64,000 nucleotides of DNA from Eledone cirrhosa. Its lineage: Eukaryota. A program made the translations under genes and the position numbers. Location of the stretch: contig OZ024745.1 in NCBI GenBank assembly GCA_964016885.1, positions 103,726,001 through 103,790,000 on the forward strand. The letters run 5' to 3'. The notes beneath the pieces are model-generated. The model ran no database searches. It worked only from the letters and a program-made list of their open reading frames with translations, and was not told the DNA's origin. Shown in pieces: positions 12,001 through 24,100 of this stretch. Within the stretch, counting starts at the first letter, position 1. The number at the start of each line of letters is the position of its first letter.

Positions 12001-15000
12001 GTTGTTGTTATTGGTGGTGGGGGTGTGGTGGTCTTGGTGTTAGTGTTGTTGTTGTTGTTGTTATTGGTGGTGGGGGTGTGGTGGTCTTGGTGTTAGTGTT
12101 GTTGTTGTTGTTATTGGTGGTGGCCGTGTGGTGGTCTTGGTGTTAGTATTGTTGTTGTTGTTATTGGTGGTGGGGGTGTGGTGGTCTTGGTGCTAGTGTT
12201 GTTGTTGTTGTTATTGGTGGTGGGGGTGTGGTGGTCTTGGTGCTAGTGTTGTTGTTGTTGTTGTTATTGGTGGTGGGGGTGTGGTGGTCTTGGTGTTAGT
12301 GTTGTTGTTGTTGTTATTGGTGGTGGGGGTGTGGTGGTCTTGGTGCTAGTGTTGTTGTTGTTGTTGTTATTGGTGGTGGGGGTGTGGTGGTCTTGGTGTT
12401 AGTGTTGTTGTTATTGGTGGTGGCCGTGTGGTGGTCTTGGTGTTAGTATTGTTGTTGTTGTTATTGGTGGTGGGGGTGTGGTGGTCTTGGTGCTAGTGTT
12501 GTTGTTGTTGTTATTGGTGGTGGGGGTGTGGTGGTCTTGGTGCTAGTGTTGTTGTTGTTATTGGTGGTGGGGGTGTGGTGGTCTTGGTGTTAGTGTTGTT
12601 GTTGTTGTTATTGGTGGTGGGGGTGTGGTGGTCTTGGTGTTAGTATTGTTGTTGTTGTTATTGGTGGTGGGGGTGTGGTGGTCTTGGTGCTAGTGTTGTT
12701 GTTGTTGTTATTGGTGGTGGGGGTGTGGTGGTCTTGGTGCTAGTGTTGTTGTTGTTGTTGTTATTGGTGGTGGGGGTGTGGTGGTCTTGGTGCTAGTGTT
12801 GTTGTTGTTGTTATTGGTGGTGGGGGTGTGGTGGTCTTGGTGTTAGTATTGTTGTTGTTGTTATTGGTGGTGGGGGTGTGGTGGTCTTGGTGCTAGTGTT
12901 GTTGTTGTTGTTATTGGTGGTGGGTGTGTGGTGGTCTTGGTGCTAGTGTTGTTGTAGTTGTTATTGGTGGTGGGGGTGTGGTGGTCTTGGTGCTAGTGTT
13001 GTTGTTGTTGTTGTTATTGGTGGTGGGGGTGTGGTAGTCTTGGTGCTAGTGTTGTTGTAGTTGTTATTGGTGGTGGGGGTGTGGTGGTCTTGGTGCTAGT
13101 GTTGTTGTTGTTGTTGTTATTGGTGGTGGGTGTGTGGTGGTCTTGGTGCTAGTGTTGTTGTTGTTGTTGTTATTGGTGATGGGGGTGTGGTGGTCTTGGT
13201 GCTAGTGTTGTTGTTGTAGTTGTTATTGGTGGTGGGGATGTGGTGGTCTTGGTGCTAGTGTTGTTGTTGTTGTTGTTATTGGTGGTGGGGGTGTGGTAGT
13301 CTTGGTGCTAGTGTTGTTGTTGTTGTTATTGGTGGTGGGGGTGTGGTGGTCTTGGTGCTAGTGTTGTTGTTGTTATTGGTGGTGGGGGTGTGGTGGTCTT
13401 GGTGCTAGTGTTGTTGTTTTTGTTGTTATTGGTGGTGGGTGTGTGGTGGTCTTGGTGCTAGTGTTGTTGTTGTTGTTATTGGTGGTGGGGGTGTGGTGGT
13501 CTTGGTGCTAGTGTTGTTGTTGTTATTGGTGTTGGGGGTGTGGTGGTCTTGGTGCTAGTGTTGTTGTTTTTGTTATTGGTGGTGGGTGTGTGGTGGTCTT
13601 GGTGCTAGTGTTGTTGTTGTTGTTATTGGTGGTGGGGGTGTGGTGGTCTTGGTGCTAGTGTTGTTGTTGTTGTTATTGGTGGTGGGGGTGTGGTGGTCTT
13701 GGTGCTAGTGTTGTTGTTGTTATTGGTGGTGGGGGTGTGGTGGTCTTGGTGCTAGTGTTGTTGTTGTTATTGGTGGTGGGGGTGTGGTGGTCTTGGTGCT
13801 AGTGTTGTTGTTGTTGTTATTGGTGGTGGAGGTGTGGTGGTCTTGGTGCTAGTGTTGTTGTTGTTATTGGTGGTGGGTGTGTGGTGGTCTTGGTGCTAGT
13901 GTTGTTGTAGTTATTGGTGGTGGGGGTGTGGTGGTCTTGGTGCTAGTGTTGTTGTTGTTGTTATTGGTGGTGGGGGTGTGGTGGTCTTGGTGCTAGTGTT
14001 GTTGTTGTTATTGGTGGTGGGGGTGTGGTGGTCTTGGTGCTAGTGTTTTTGTTGTTGTTATTGGTGGTGGGGGTGTGGTGGTCTTGGTGCTAGTGTTGTT
14101 GTTGTTGTTATTGGTGGTGGGGGTGTGGTGGTCTTGGTGCTAGTATTGTTGTTGTTGTTATTGGTGGTGGGTGTGTGGTGGTCTTGGTGCTAGTATTGTT
14201 GTTGTTGTTATTGGTGGTGGGTGTGTGGTGGTCTTGGTGCTAGTGTTGTTGTTGTTATTGGTGGTGGGTGTGTGGTGGTCTTGGTGCTAGTGTTGTTGTT
14301 GTTGTTATTGGTGGTGGGGGCGTGGTGGTCTTGGTGCTAGTGTTGTTGTTGTTATTGGTGGTGGGTGTGTGGTGGTCTTGGTGCTAGTGTTGTTGTTGTT
14401 GTTATTGGTGGTGGGGGTGTGGTGGTCTTGGTGCTAGTGTTGTTGTTGTTGTTATTGGTGGTGGGTGTGTGGTGGTCTTGGTGCTAGTGTTGTTGTTGTT
14501 GTTATTGGTGGTGGGGGTGTGGTGGTCTTGGTGCTAGTGTTGTTGTTGTTGTTGTTATTGGTGGTGGGGGTGTGGTGGTCTTGGTGCTAGTATTGTTGTT
14601 GTTGGTGGTGGTGGTGGGGGTGTGGTGGTCTTGGTGCTAGTGTTGTTGTTGTTGTTATTGGTGGTGGGGGTGTGGTGGTCTTGGTGCTAGGGTTGTTGTT
14701 GTTATTGGTGGTGGGTGTGTGGTGGTCTTGGTGCTAGTGTTGTTGTTGTTGTTGTTATTGGTGGTGGGGGTGTGGTGGTCTTGGTGCTAGTATTGTTGTT
14801 GTTGTTATTGGTGGTGGGTGTGTGGTGGTCTTGGTGCTAGTATTGTTGTTGTTGTTATTGGTGGTGGGTGTGTGGTGGTCTTGGTGCTAGTGTTGTTGTT
14901 GTTGTTATTGGTGGTGGGGGTGTGGTGGTCTTGGTGCTAGTGTTGTTGTTGTTATTGGTGGTGGGTGTGTGGTGGTCTTGGTGCTAGTGTTGTTGTTGTT

Positions 15001-17941
15001 ATTGGTGGTGGGGGTGTGGTGGTCTTGGTGCTAGTATTGTTGTTGTTGTTATTGGTGGTGGATGTGTGGTGGTCTTGGTGCTAGTGTTGTTGTTGTTGTT
15101 ATTGGTGGTGGGGGTGTGGTGGTCTTGGTGCTAGTGTTGTTGTTGTTATTGGTGGTGGGTGTGTGGTGGTCTTGGTGCTAGTGTTGTTGTTGTTATTGGT
15201 GGTGGGGGTGTGGTGGTCTTGGTGCTAGTATTGTTGTTGTTGTTATTGGTGGTGGGTGTGTGGTGGTCTTGGTGCTAGTGTTGTTGTTGTTGTTATTGGT
15301 GGTGGGGGTGTGGTGGTCTTGGTGCTAGTGTTGTTGTTGTTATTGGTGATGGGTGTGTGGTGGTCTTGGTGCTAGTGTTGTTGTTGTTATTGGTGGTGGG
15401 GGTGTGGTGGTCTTGGTGCTAGTATTGTTGTTGTTGTTATTGGTGGTGGGTGTGTGGTGGTCTTGGTGCTAGTGTTGTTGTTGTTGTTATTGGTGGTGGG
15501 GGTGTGGTGGTCTTGGTGCTAGTGTTGTTGTTGTTATTGGTGGTGGGTGTGTGGTGGTCTTGGTGCTAGTGTTGTTGTTGTTATTGGTGGTGGGTGTGTG
15601 GTGGTCTTGGTGCTAGTGTTGTTGTTGTTGTTATTGGTGGTGGGGGTGTGGTGGTCTTGGTGCTAGTGTTGTTGTTGTTATTGGTGGTGGGTGTGTGGTG
15701 GTCTTGGTGCTAGTGTTGTTGTTGTTATTGGTGGTGGGGGTGTGGTGGTCTTGGTGCTAGTATTGTTGTTGTTGTTATTGGTGGTGGGTGTGTGGTGGTC
15801 TTGGTGCTAGTGTTGTTGTTGTTATTGGTGGTGGGGGTGTGGTGGTCTTGGTGCTAGTATTGTTGTTGTTGTTATTGGTGGTGGGTGTGTGGTGGTCTTG
15901 GTGCTAGTGTTGTTGTTGTTGTTATTGGTGGTGGGGGTGTGGTGGTCTTGGTGCTAGTGTTGTTGTTGTTATTGGTGGTGGGTGTGTGGTGGTCTTGGTG
16001 CTAGTGTTGTTGTTGTTATTGGTGGTGGGTGTGTGGTGGTCTTGGTGCTAGTGTTGTTGTTGTTATTGGTGGTGGGTGTGTGGTGGTCTTGGTGCTAGTG
16101 TTGTTGTTGTTGTTATTGGTGGTGGGGGTGTGGTGGTCTTGGTGCTAGTGTTGTTGTTGTTATTGGTGGTGGGTGTGTGGTGGTCTTGGTGCTAGTGTTG
16201 TTGTTGTTATTGGTGGTGGGGGTGTGGTGGTCTTGGTGCTAGTATTGTTGTTGTTGTTATTGGTGGTGGAGGTGTGGTGGTCTTGGTGCTAGTGTTGTTG
16301 TTGTTATTGGTGGTGGGGGTGTGGTGGTCTTGGTGCTAGTGTTGTTGTTGTTATTGGTGGTGGGGGTGTGGTGGTCTTGGTGCTAGTGTTGTTGTTGTTA
16401 TTGGTGGTGGGGGTGTGGTGGTCTTGGTGCTAGTGTTGTTGTTGTTGTTATTGGTGGTGGGTGTGTGGTGGTCTTGGTGCTAGTATTGTTGTTGTTGTTA
16501 TTGGTGGTGGGTGTGTGGTGGTCTTGGTGCTAGTGTTGTTGTTGTTGTTATTGGTGGTGGGTGTGTGGTGGTCTTGGTGCTAGTATTGTTGTTGTTGTTA
16601 TTGGTGGTGGGTGTGTGGTGGTCTTGGTGCTAGTGTTGTTGTTGTTGTTATTGGTGGTGGGTGTGTGGTGGTCTTGGTGCTAGTGTTGTTGTTGTTGTTA
16701 TTGGTGGTGGGTGTGTGGTGGTCTTGGTGCTAGTATTGTTGTTGTTGTTATTGGTGGTGGGTGTGTGGTGGTCTTGGTGCTAGTATTGTTGTTGTTGTTA
16801 TTGGTGGTGGAGGTGTGGTGGTCTTGGTGCTAGTGTTGTTGTTGTTGTTATTGGTGGTGGGGGTGTGGTGGTCTTGGTGCTAGTGTTGTTGTTGTTGTTA
16901 TTGGTGGTGGGGGTGTGGTGGTCTTGGTGCTAGTATTGTTGTTGTTGTTATTGGTGGTGGGGGTGTGGTGGTCTTGGTGCTAGTGTTGTTGTTGTTGTTA
17001 TTGGTGGTGGGGGTGTGGTGGTCTTGGTGCTAGTATTGTTGTTGTTGTTATTGGTGGTGGAGGTGTGGTGGTCTTGGTGCTAGTGTTGTTGTTGTTGTTA
17101 TTGGTGGTGGGGGTTGTGGTGGTCTTGGTGCTAGTGTTGTTGTTGTTATTGGTGGTGGGGGTGTGGTGGTCTTGGTGCTAGTATTGTTGTTGTTGTTATT
17201 GGTGGTGGAGGTGTGGTGGTCTTGGTGCTAGTGTTGTTGTTGTTATTGGTGGTGGGGGTGTGGTGGTCTTGGTGCTAGTGTTGTTGTTGTTATTGGTGGT
17301 GGGGGTGTGGTGGTCTTGGTGCTAGTGTTGTTGTTGTTATTGGTGGTGGGTGTGTGGTGGTCTTGGTGCTAGTATTGTTGTTGTTGTTATTGGTGGTGGA
17401 GGTGTGGTGGTCTTGGTGCTAGTGTTGTTGTTGTTATTGGTGGTGGGGGTGTGGTGGTCTTGGTGCTAGTATTGTTGTTGTTGTTATTGGTGGTGGGTGT
17501 GTGGTGGTCTTGGTGCTAGTGTTGTTGTTGTTGTTATTGGTGGTGGGGGTGTGGTGGTCTTGGTGCTAGTGTTGTTGTTGTTATTGGTGGTGGGTGTGTG
17601 GTGGTCTTGGTGCTAGTATTGTTGTTGTTGTTATTGGTGGTGGGGGTGTGGTGGTCTTGGTGCTAGTGTTGTTGTTGTTATTGGTGGTGGGTGTGTGGTG
17701 GTCTTGGTGCTAGTATTGTTGTTGTTGTTATTGGTGGTGGGTGTGGTGGTCTTGGTGCTAGTATTGTTGTTGTTGTTATTGGTGGTGGAGGTGTGGTGGT
17801 CTTGGTGCTAGTGTTGTTGTTGTTATTGGTGGTGGGGGTGTGGTGGTCTTGGTGCTAGTATTGTTGTTGTTGTTATTGGTGGTGGGTGTGTGGTGGTCTT
17901 GGTGCTAGTGTTGTTGTTGTTGTTATTGGTGGTGGGGGTGT
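1..17941. repeat. 50-bp GT-rich minisatellite/satellite array, left part
   Basis: Uninterrupted tandem unit TATTGGTGGTGGGGGTGTGGTGGTCTTGGTGCTAGTGTTGTTGTTGTTGT. Length variants of 44/47/50/53/56 bp come from the (GTT)n tract. The array runs off the window start. Confidence 0.99.
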
Positions 17942-18141
17942 NNNNNNNNNNNNNNNNNNNNNNNNNNNNNNNNNNNNNNNNNNNNNNNNNNNNNNNNNNN
18001 NNNNNNNNNNNNNNNNNNNNNNNNNNNNNNNNNNNNNNNNNNNNNNNNNNNNNNNNNNNNNNNNNNNNNNNNNNNNNNNNNNNNNNNNNNNNNNNNNNNN
18101 NNNNNNNNNNNNNNNNNNNNNNNNNNNNNNNNNNNNNNNNN
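17942..18141. other. Assembly gap (200 N)
   Basis: Exactly 200 N, a round placeholder size, so true array length is unknown. Confidence 0.99.
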
Positions 18142-21100
18142 GTGGTGGGGGTGTGGTGGTCTTGGTGCTAGTGTTGTTGTTGTTATTGGTGGTGGGGGTG
18201 TGGTGGTCTTGGTGCTAGTGTTGTTGTTGTTATTGGTGGTGGGGGTTGTGGTGGTCTTGGTGCTAGTGTTGTTGTTGTTGTTATTGGTGGTGGGGTGTGT
18301 GTGGTCTTGGTGCTAGTGTTGTTGTTGTTGTTATTGGTGGTGGGGGTGTGGTGGTCTTGGTGCTAGTGTTGTTGTTGTTGTTATTGGTGGTGGCGGTGTG
18401 GTGGTCTTGGTGCTAGTGTTGTTGTTGTTGTTGTTATTGGTGGTGGGGGTGTGGTGGTCTTGGTGCTAGTGTTGTTGTTGTTGTTGTTGGTGGTGGGGGT
18501 GTGGTGGTCTTGGTGCTAGTGTTGTTGTTGTTGTTATTGGTGGTGGGGGTGTGGTGGTCTTGGTGCTAGTGTTGTTGTTGTTGTTATTGGTGGTGGGGGT
18601 GTGGTGGTCTTGGTGCTAGTGTTGTTGTTGTTGTTATTGGTGGTGGGGGTGTGGTGGTCTTGGTGCTAGTGTTGTTGTTGTTGTTATTGGTGGTGGGGGT
18701 GTGGTGGTCTTGGTGCTAGTGTTGTTGTGTTGTTATTGGTGGTGGGGGTGTGGTGGTCTTGGTGCTAGTGTTGTTGTTGTTGTTTATTGGTGGTGGGGGT
18801 GTGGTGGTCTTGGTGCTAGTGTTGTTGTTGTTGTTGTTATTGGTGGTGGGGGTGTGGTGGTCTTGGTGCTAGTGTTGTTGTTGTTGTTATTGGTGGTGGG
18901 GGTGTGGTGGTCTTGGTGCTAGTGTTGTTGTTGTTGTTGTTATTGGTGGTGGGGGTGTGGTGGTCTTGGTGCTAGTGTTGTTGTTGTTGTTGTTATTGGT
19001 GGTGGGGGTGTGGTGGTCTTGGTGCTAGTGTTGTTGTTGTTGTTGTTATTGGTGGTGGGGGTGTGGTGGTCTTGGTGCTAGTGTTGTTGTTGTTGTTGTT
19101 ATTGGTGGTGGGGGTGTGGTGGTCTTGGTGCTAGTGTTGTTGTTGTTGTTATTGGTGGTGGGGGTGTGGTGGTCTTGGTGCTAGTGTTGTTGTTGTTGTT
19201 ATTGGTGGTGGGGGTGTGGTGTCTTGGTGCTAGTGTTGTTGTTGTTGTTATTGGTGGTGGGGGTGTGGTGGTCTTGGTGCTAGTGTTGTTGTTGTTGTTG
19301 TTATGTGGTGGGGGTGTGGTGGTCTTGGTGCTAGTGTTGTTGTTGTTGTTGTTATTGGTGGTGGGGGTGTGGTGGTCTTGGTGCTAGTGTTGTTGTTGTT
19401 GTTATTGGTGGTGGGGGTGTGGTGGTCTTGGTGCTAGTGTTGTTGTTGTTGTTATTGGTGGTGGGGGTGTGGTGGTCTTGGTGCTAGTATTGTTTTTGTT
19501 ATTATTGGTGGTGGGGGTGTGGTGGTCTTGGTGCTAGTGTTGTTGTTGTTGTTATTGGTGGTGGGGGTGTGGTGGTCTTGGTGCTAGTGTTGTTTGTTGT
19601 TTTATTGGTGGTGGGGGTGTGGTGGTCTTGGTGCTAGTATTGTTGTTGTTGTTATTGGTGGTGGGGGTGTGGTGGTCTTGGTGCTAGTGTTGTTGTTGTT
19701 GTTATTGGTGGTGGGGGTGTGGTGGTCTTGGTGCTAGTATTGTTTTTGTTATTATTGGTGGTGGGGGTGTGGTGGTCTTGGTGCTAGTGTTGTTGTTGTT
19801 GTTATTGGTGGTGGGGGTGTGGTGGTCTTGGTGCTAGTATTGTTTTTGTTATTATTGGTGGTGGGGGTGTGGTTGGTCTTGGTGCTAGTATTGTTGTTGT
19901 TGTTATTGGTGGTGGGGGTGTGGTGGTCTTGGTGCTAGTGTTGTTGTTGTTGTTATTGGTGGTGGGGGTGTGGTGGTCTTGGTGCTAGTGTTGTTGTTGT
20001 TGTTATTGGTGGTGGGGGTGTGGTGGTCTTGGTGCTAGTGTTGTTGTTGTTGTTATTGGTGGTGGGGGTGTGGTGGTCTTGGTGCTAGTATTGTTTTTGT
20101 TATTATTGGTGGTGGGGGTGTGGTGGTCTTGGTGCTAGTATTGTTGTTGTTGTTATTGGTGGTGGGGGTGTGGTGGTCTTGGTGCTAGTGTTGTTGTTGT
20201 TGTTATTGGTGGTGGGGGTGTGGTGGTCTTGGTGCTAGTGTTGTTGTTGTTGTTATTGGTGGTGGGGGTGTGGTGGTCTTGGTGCTAGTATTGTTTTTGT
20301 TATTATTGGTGGTGGGGGTGTGGTGGTCTTGGTGCTAGTATTGTTGTTGTTGTTATTGGTGGTGGGGGTGTGGTGGTCTTGGTGCTAGTGTTGTTGTTGT
20401 TGTTATTGGTGGTGGGGGTGTGGTGGTCTTGGTGCTAGTATTGTTTTTGTTATTATTGGTGGTGGGGGTGTGGTGGTCTTGGTGCTAGTATTGTTGTTGT
20501 TGTTATTGGTGGTGGGGGTGTGGTGGTCTTGGTGCTAGTGTTGTTGTTGTTGTTATTGGTGGTGGGGGTGTGGTGGTCTTGGTGCTAGTGTTGTTGTTGT
20601 TGTTATTGGTGGTGGGGGTGTGGTGGTCTTGGTGCTAGTATTGTTTTTGTTATTATTGGTGGTGGGGGTGTGGTGGTCTTGGTGCTAGTATTGTTGTTGT
20701 TGTTATTGGTGGTGGGGGTGTGGTGGTCTTGGTGCTAGTGTTGTTGTTGTTGTTATTGGTGGTGGGGGTGTGGTGGTCTTGGTGCTAGTATTGTTTTTGT
20801 TATTATTGGTGGTGGGGGTGTGGTGGTCTTGGTGCTAGTATTGTTGTTGTTGTTATTGGTGGTGGGGGTGTGGTGGTCTTGGTGCTAGTGTTGTTGTTGT
20901 TGTTATTGGTGGTGGGGGTGTGGTGGTCTTGGTGCTAGTATTGTTTTTGTTATTATTGGTGGTGGGGGTGTGGTGGTCTTGGTGCTAGTGTTGTTGTTGT
21001 TGTTATTGGTGGTGGGGGTGTGGTGGTCTTGGTGCTAGTATTGTTGTTGTTGTTATTGGTGGTGGGGGTGTGGTGGTCTTGGTGCTAGTATTGTTTTTGT

Positions 21101-24100
21101 TATTATTGGTGGTGGGGGTGTGGTGGTCTTGGTGCTAGTATTGTTTTTGTTGTTATTGGTGGTGGGGGTGTGGTGGTCTTGGTGCTAGTATTGTTGTTGT
21201 TGTTATTGTTGTTGGATTGTGGTGGTCTTGGTGCTAGTGTTGTTGTTGTTGTTATTGGTGGTGGGGGTGTGGTGGTCTTGGTGCTAGTATTGTTTTTGTT
21301 GTTATTGGTGGTGGGTGTGTGGTGGTCTTGGTGCTAGTATTGTTGTTGTTGTTATTGGTGGTGGGTGTGTGGTGGTCTTGGTGCTAGTGTTGTTGTTGTT
21401 GTTATTGGTGGTGGGTGTGTGGTGGTCTTGGTGCTAGTGTTGTTGTAGTTGTTATTGGTGGTGGGGGTGTGGTGGTCTTGGTGCTAGTGTTGCTGTTGTT
21501 GTTATTGGTGGTGGGGGTGTGGTGGTCTTGGTGCTAGTATTGTTTTTGTTGTTATTGGTGGTGGGTGTGTGGTGGTCTTGGTGCTAGTATTGTTGTTGTT
21601 GTTATTGGTGGTGGGTGTGTGGTGGTCTTGGTGCTAGTGTTGTTGTTGTTGTTATTGGTGGTGGGTGTGTGGTGGTCTTGGTGCTAGTGTTGTTGTAGTT
21701 GTTATTGGTGGTGGGGGTGTGGTGGTCTTGGTGCTAGTGTTGCTGTTGTTGTTATTGGTGGTGGGGGTGTGGTGGTCTTGGTGCTAGTGTTGCTGTTGTT
21801 GTTATTGGTGGTGGGGGTGTGGTGGTCTTGGTGCTAGTGTTGTTGTTGTTGTTATTGGTGGTGGGGGTGTGGTGGTCTTGGTGCTAGTATTGTTTTTGTT
21901 GTTATTGGTGGTGGGTGTGTGGTGGTCTTGGTGCTAGTATTGTTGTTGTTGTTATTGGTGGTGGGGGTGTGGTGGTCTTGGTGCTAGTGTTGTTGTTGTT
22001 GTTGTTATTGGTGGTGGGGGTGTGGTGTTCTTGGTGCTAGTATTGTTTTTGTTGTTATTGGTGGTGGGGGTGTGGTGGTCTTGGTGCTAGTGTTGTTGTT
22101 GTTGTTATTGGTGGTGGGGGTGTGGTGGTCTTGGTGCTAGTGTTGTTGTAGTTGTTATTGGTGGTGGGGGTGTGGTGTTCTTGGTGCTAGTATTGTTTTT
22201 GTTGTTATTGGTGGTGGGGGTGTGGTGGTCTTGGTGCTAGTGTTGTTGTTGTTGTTATTGGTGGTGGGGGTGTGGTGGTCTTGGTGCTAGTATTGTTTTT
22301 GTTGTTATTGGTGGTGGGTGTGTGGTGTTCTTGGTGCTAGTATTGTTTTTGTTGTTATTGGTGGTGGGGGTGTGGTGGTCTTGGTGCTAGTATTGTTGTT
22401 GTTGTTATTGGTGGTGGGGGTGTGGTGGTCTTGGTGCTAGTATTGTTGTTGTTGTTATTGGTGGTGGGTGTGTGGTGGTCTTGGTGCTAGTGTTGTTGTA
22501 GTTGTTATTGGTGGTGGGGGTGTGGTGGTCTTGGTGCTAGTGTTGCTGTTGTTGTTATTGGTGGTGGGGGTGTGGTGGTCTTGGTGCTAGTGTTGCTGTT
22601 GTTGTTATTGGTGGTGGGGGTGTGGTGGTCTTGGTGCTAGTGTTGTTGTTGTTGTTATTGGTGGTGGGGGTGTGGTGGTCTTGGTGCTAGTATTGTTTTT
22701 GTTGTTATTGGTGGTGGGTGTGTGGTGTTCTTGGTGCTAGTATTGTTTTTGTTGTTATTGGTGGTGGGGGTGTGGTGGTCTTGGTGCTAGTGTTGTTGTT
22801 GTTGTTATTGGTGGTGGGGGTGTGGTGGTCTTGGTGCTAGTGTTGTTGTAGTTGTTATTGGTGGTGGGGGTGTGGTGTTCTTGGTGCTAGTATTGTTTTT
22901 GTTGTTATTGGTGGTGGGGGTGTGGTGGTCTTGGTGCTAGTGTTGTTGTTGTTGTTATTGGTGGTGGGGGTGTGGTGGTCTTGGTGCTAGTGTTGTTTTT
23001 GTTGTTATTGGTGGTGGGTGTGTGGTGTTCTTGGTGCTAGTATTGTTTTTGTTGTTATTGGTGGTGGGGGTGTGGTGGTCTTGGTGCTAGTATTGTTTTT
23101 GTTGTTATTGGTGGTGGGTGTGTGGTGTTCTTGGTGCTAGTATTGTTTTTGTTGTTATTGGTGGTGGGGGTGTGGTGGTCTTGGTGCTAGTATTGTTTTT
23201 GTTGTTATTGGTGGTGGGGGTGTGGTGGTCTTGGTGCTAGTATTGTTTTTGTTGTTATTGGTGGTGGGTGTGTGGTGTTCTTGGTGCTAGTATTGTTTTT
23301 GTTGTTATTGGTGGTGGGGGTGTGGTGGTCTTGGTGCTAGTATTGTTTTTGTTGTTATTGGTGGTGGGGGTGTGGTGGTCTTGGTGCTAGTGTTGCTGTT
23401 GTTGTTATTGGTGGTGGGGGTGTGGTGGTCTTGGTGCTAGTATTGTTTTTGTTGTTATTGGTGGTGGGGGTGTGGTGGTCTTGGTGCTAGTGTTGTTGTT
23501 GTTGTTATTGGTGGTGGGGGTGTGGTGGTCTTGGTGCTAGTATTGTTTTTGTTGTTATTGGTGGTGGGGGTGTGGTGGTCTTGGTGCTAGTGTTGTTGTT
23601 GTTGTTATTGGTGGTGGGGGTGTGGTGGTCTTGGTGCTAGTATTGTTTTTGTTGTTATTGGTGGTGGGGGTGTGGTGGTCTTGGTGCTAGTGTTGTTGTT
23701 GTTGTTATTGGTGGTGGGGGTGTGGTGGTCTTGGTGCTAGTGTTGTTGTTGTTGTTATTGGTGGTGGGGGTGTGGTGGTCTTGGTGCTAGTGTTGTTGTT
23801 GTTGTTGTTATTGGTGGTGGGGGTGTGGTGGTCTTGGTGCTAGTGTTGTTGTTGTTGTTGTTATTGGTGGTGGGGGTGTGGTGGTCTTGGTGCTAGTGTT
23901 GTTGTTGTTGTTGTTATTGGTGGTGGGGGTGTGGTGGTCTTGGTGCTAGTGTTGTTGTTGTTGTTATTGGTGGTGGGGGTGTGGTGGTCTTGGTGCTAGT
24001 ATTGTTTTTGTTGTTATTGGTGGTGGGGGTGTGGTGGTCTTGGTGCTAGTATTGTTTTTGTTGTTATTGGTGGTGGGGGTGTGGTGGTCTTGGTGCTAGT

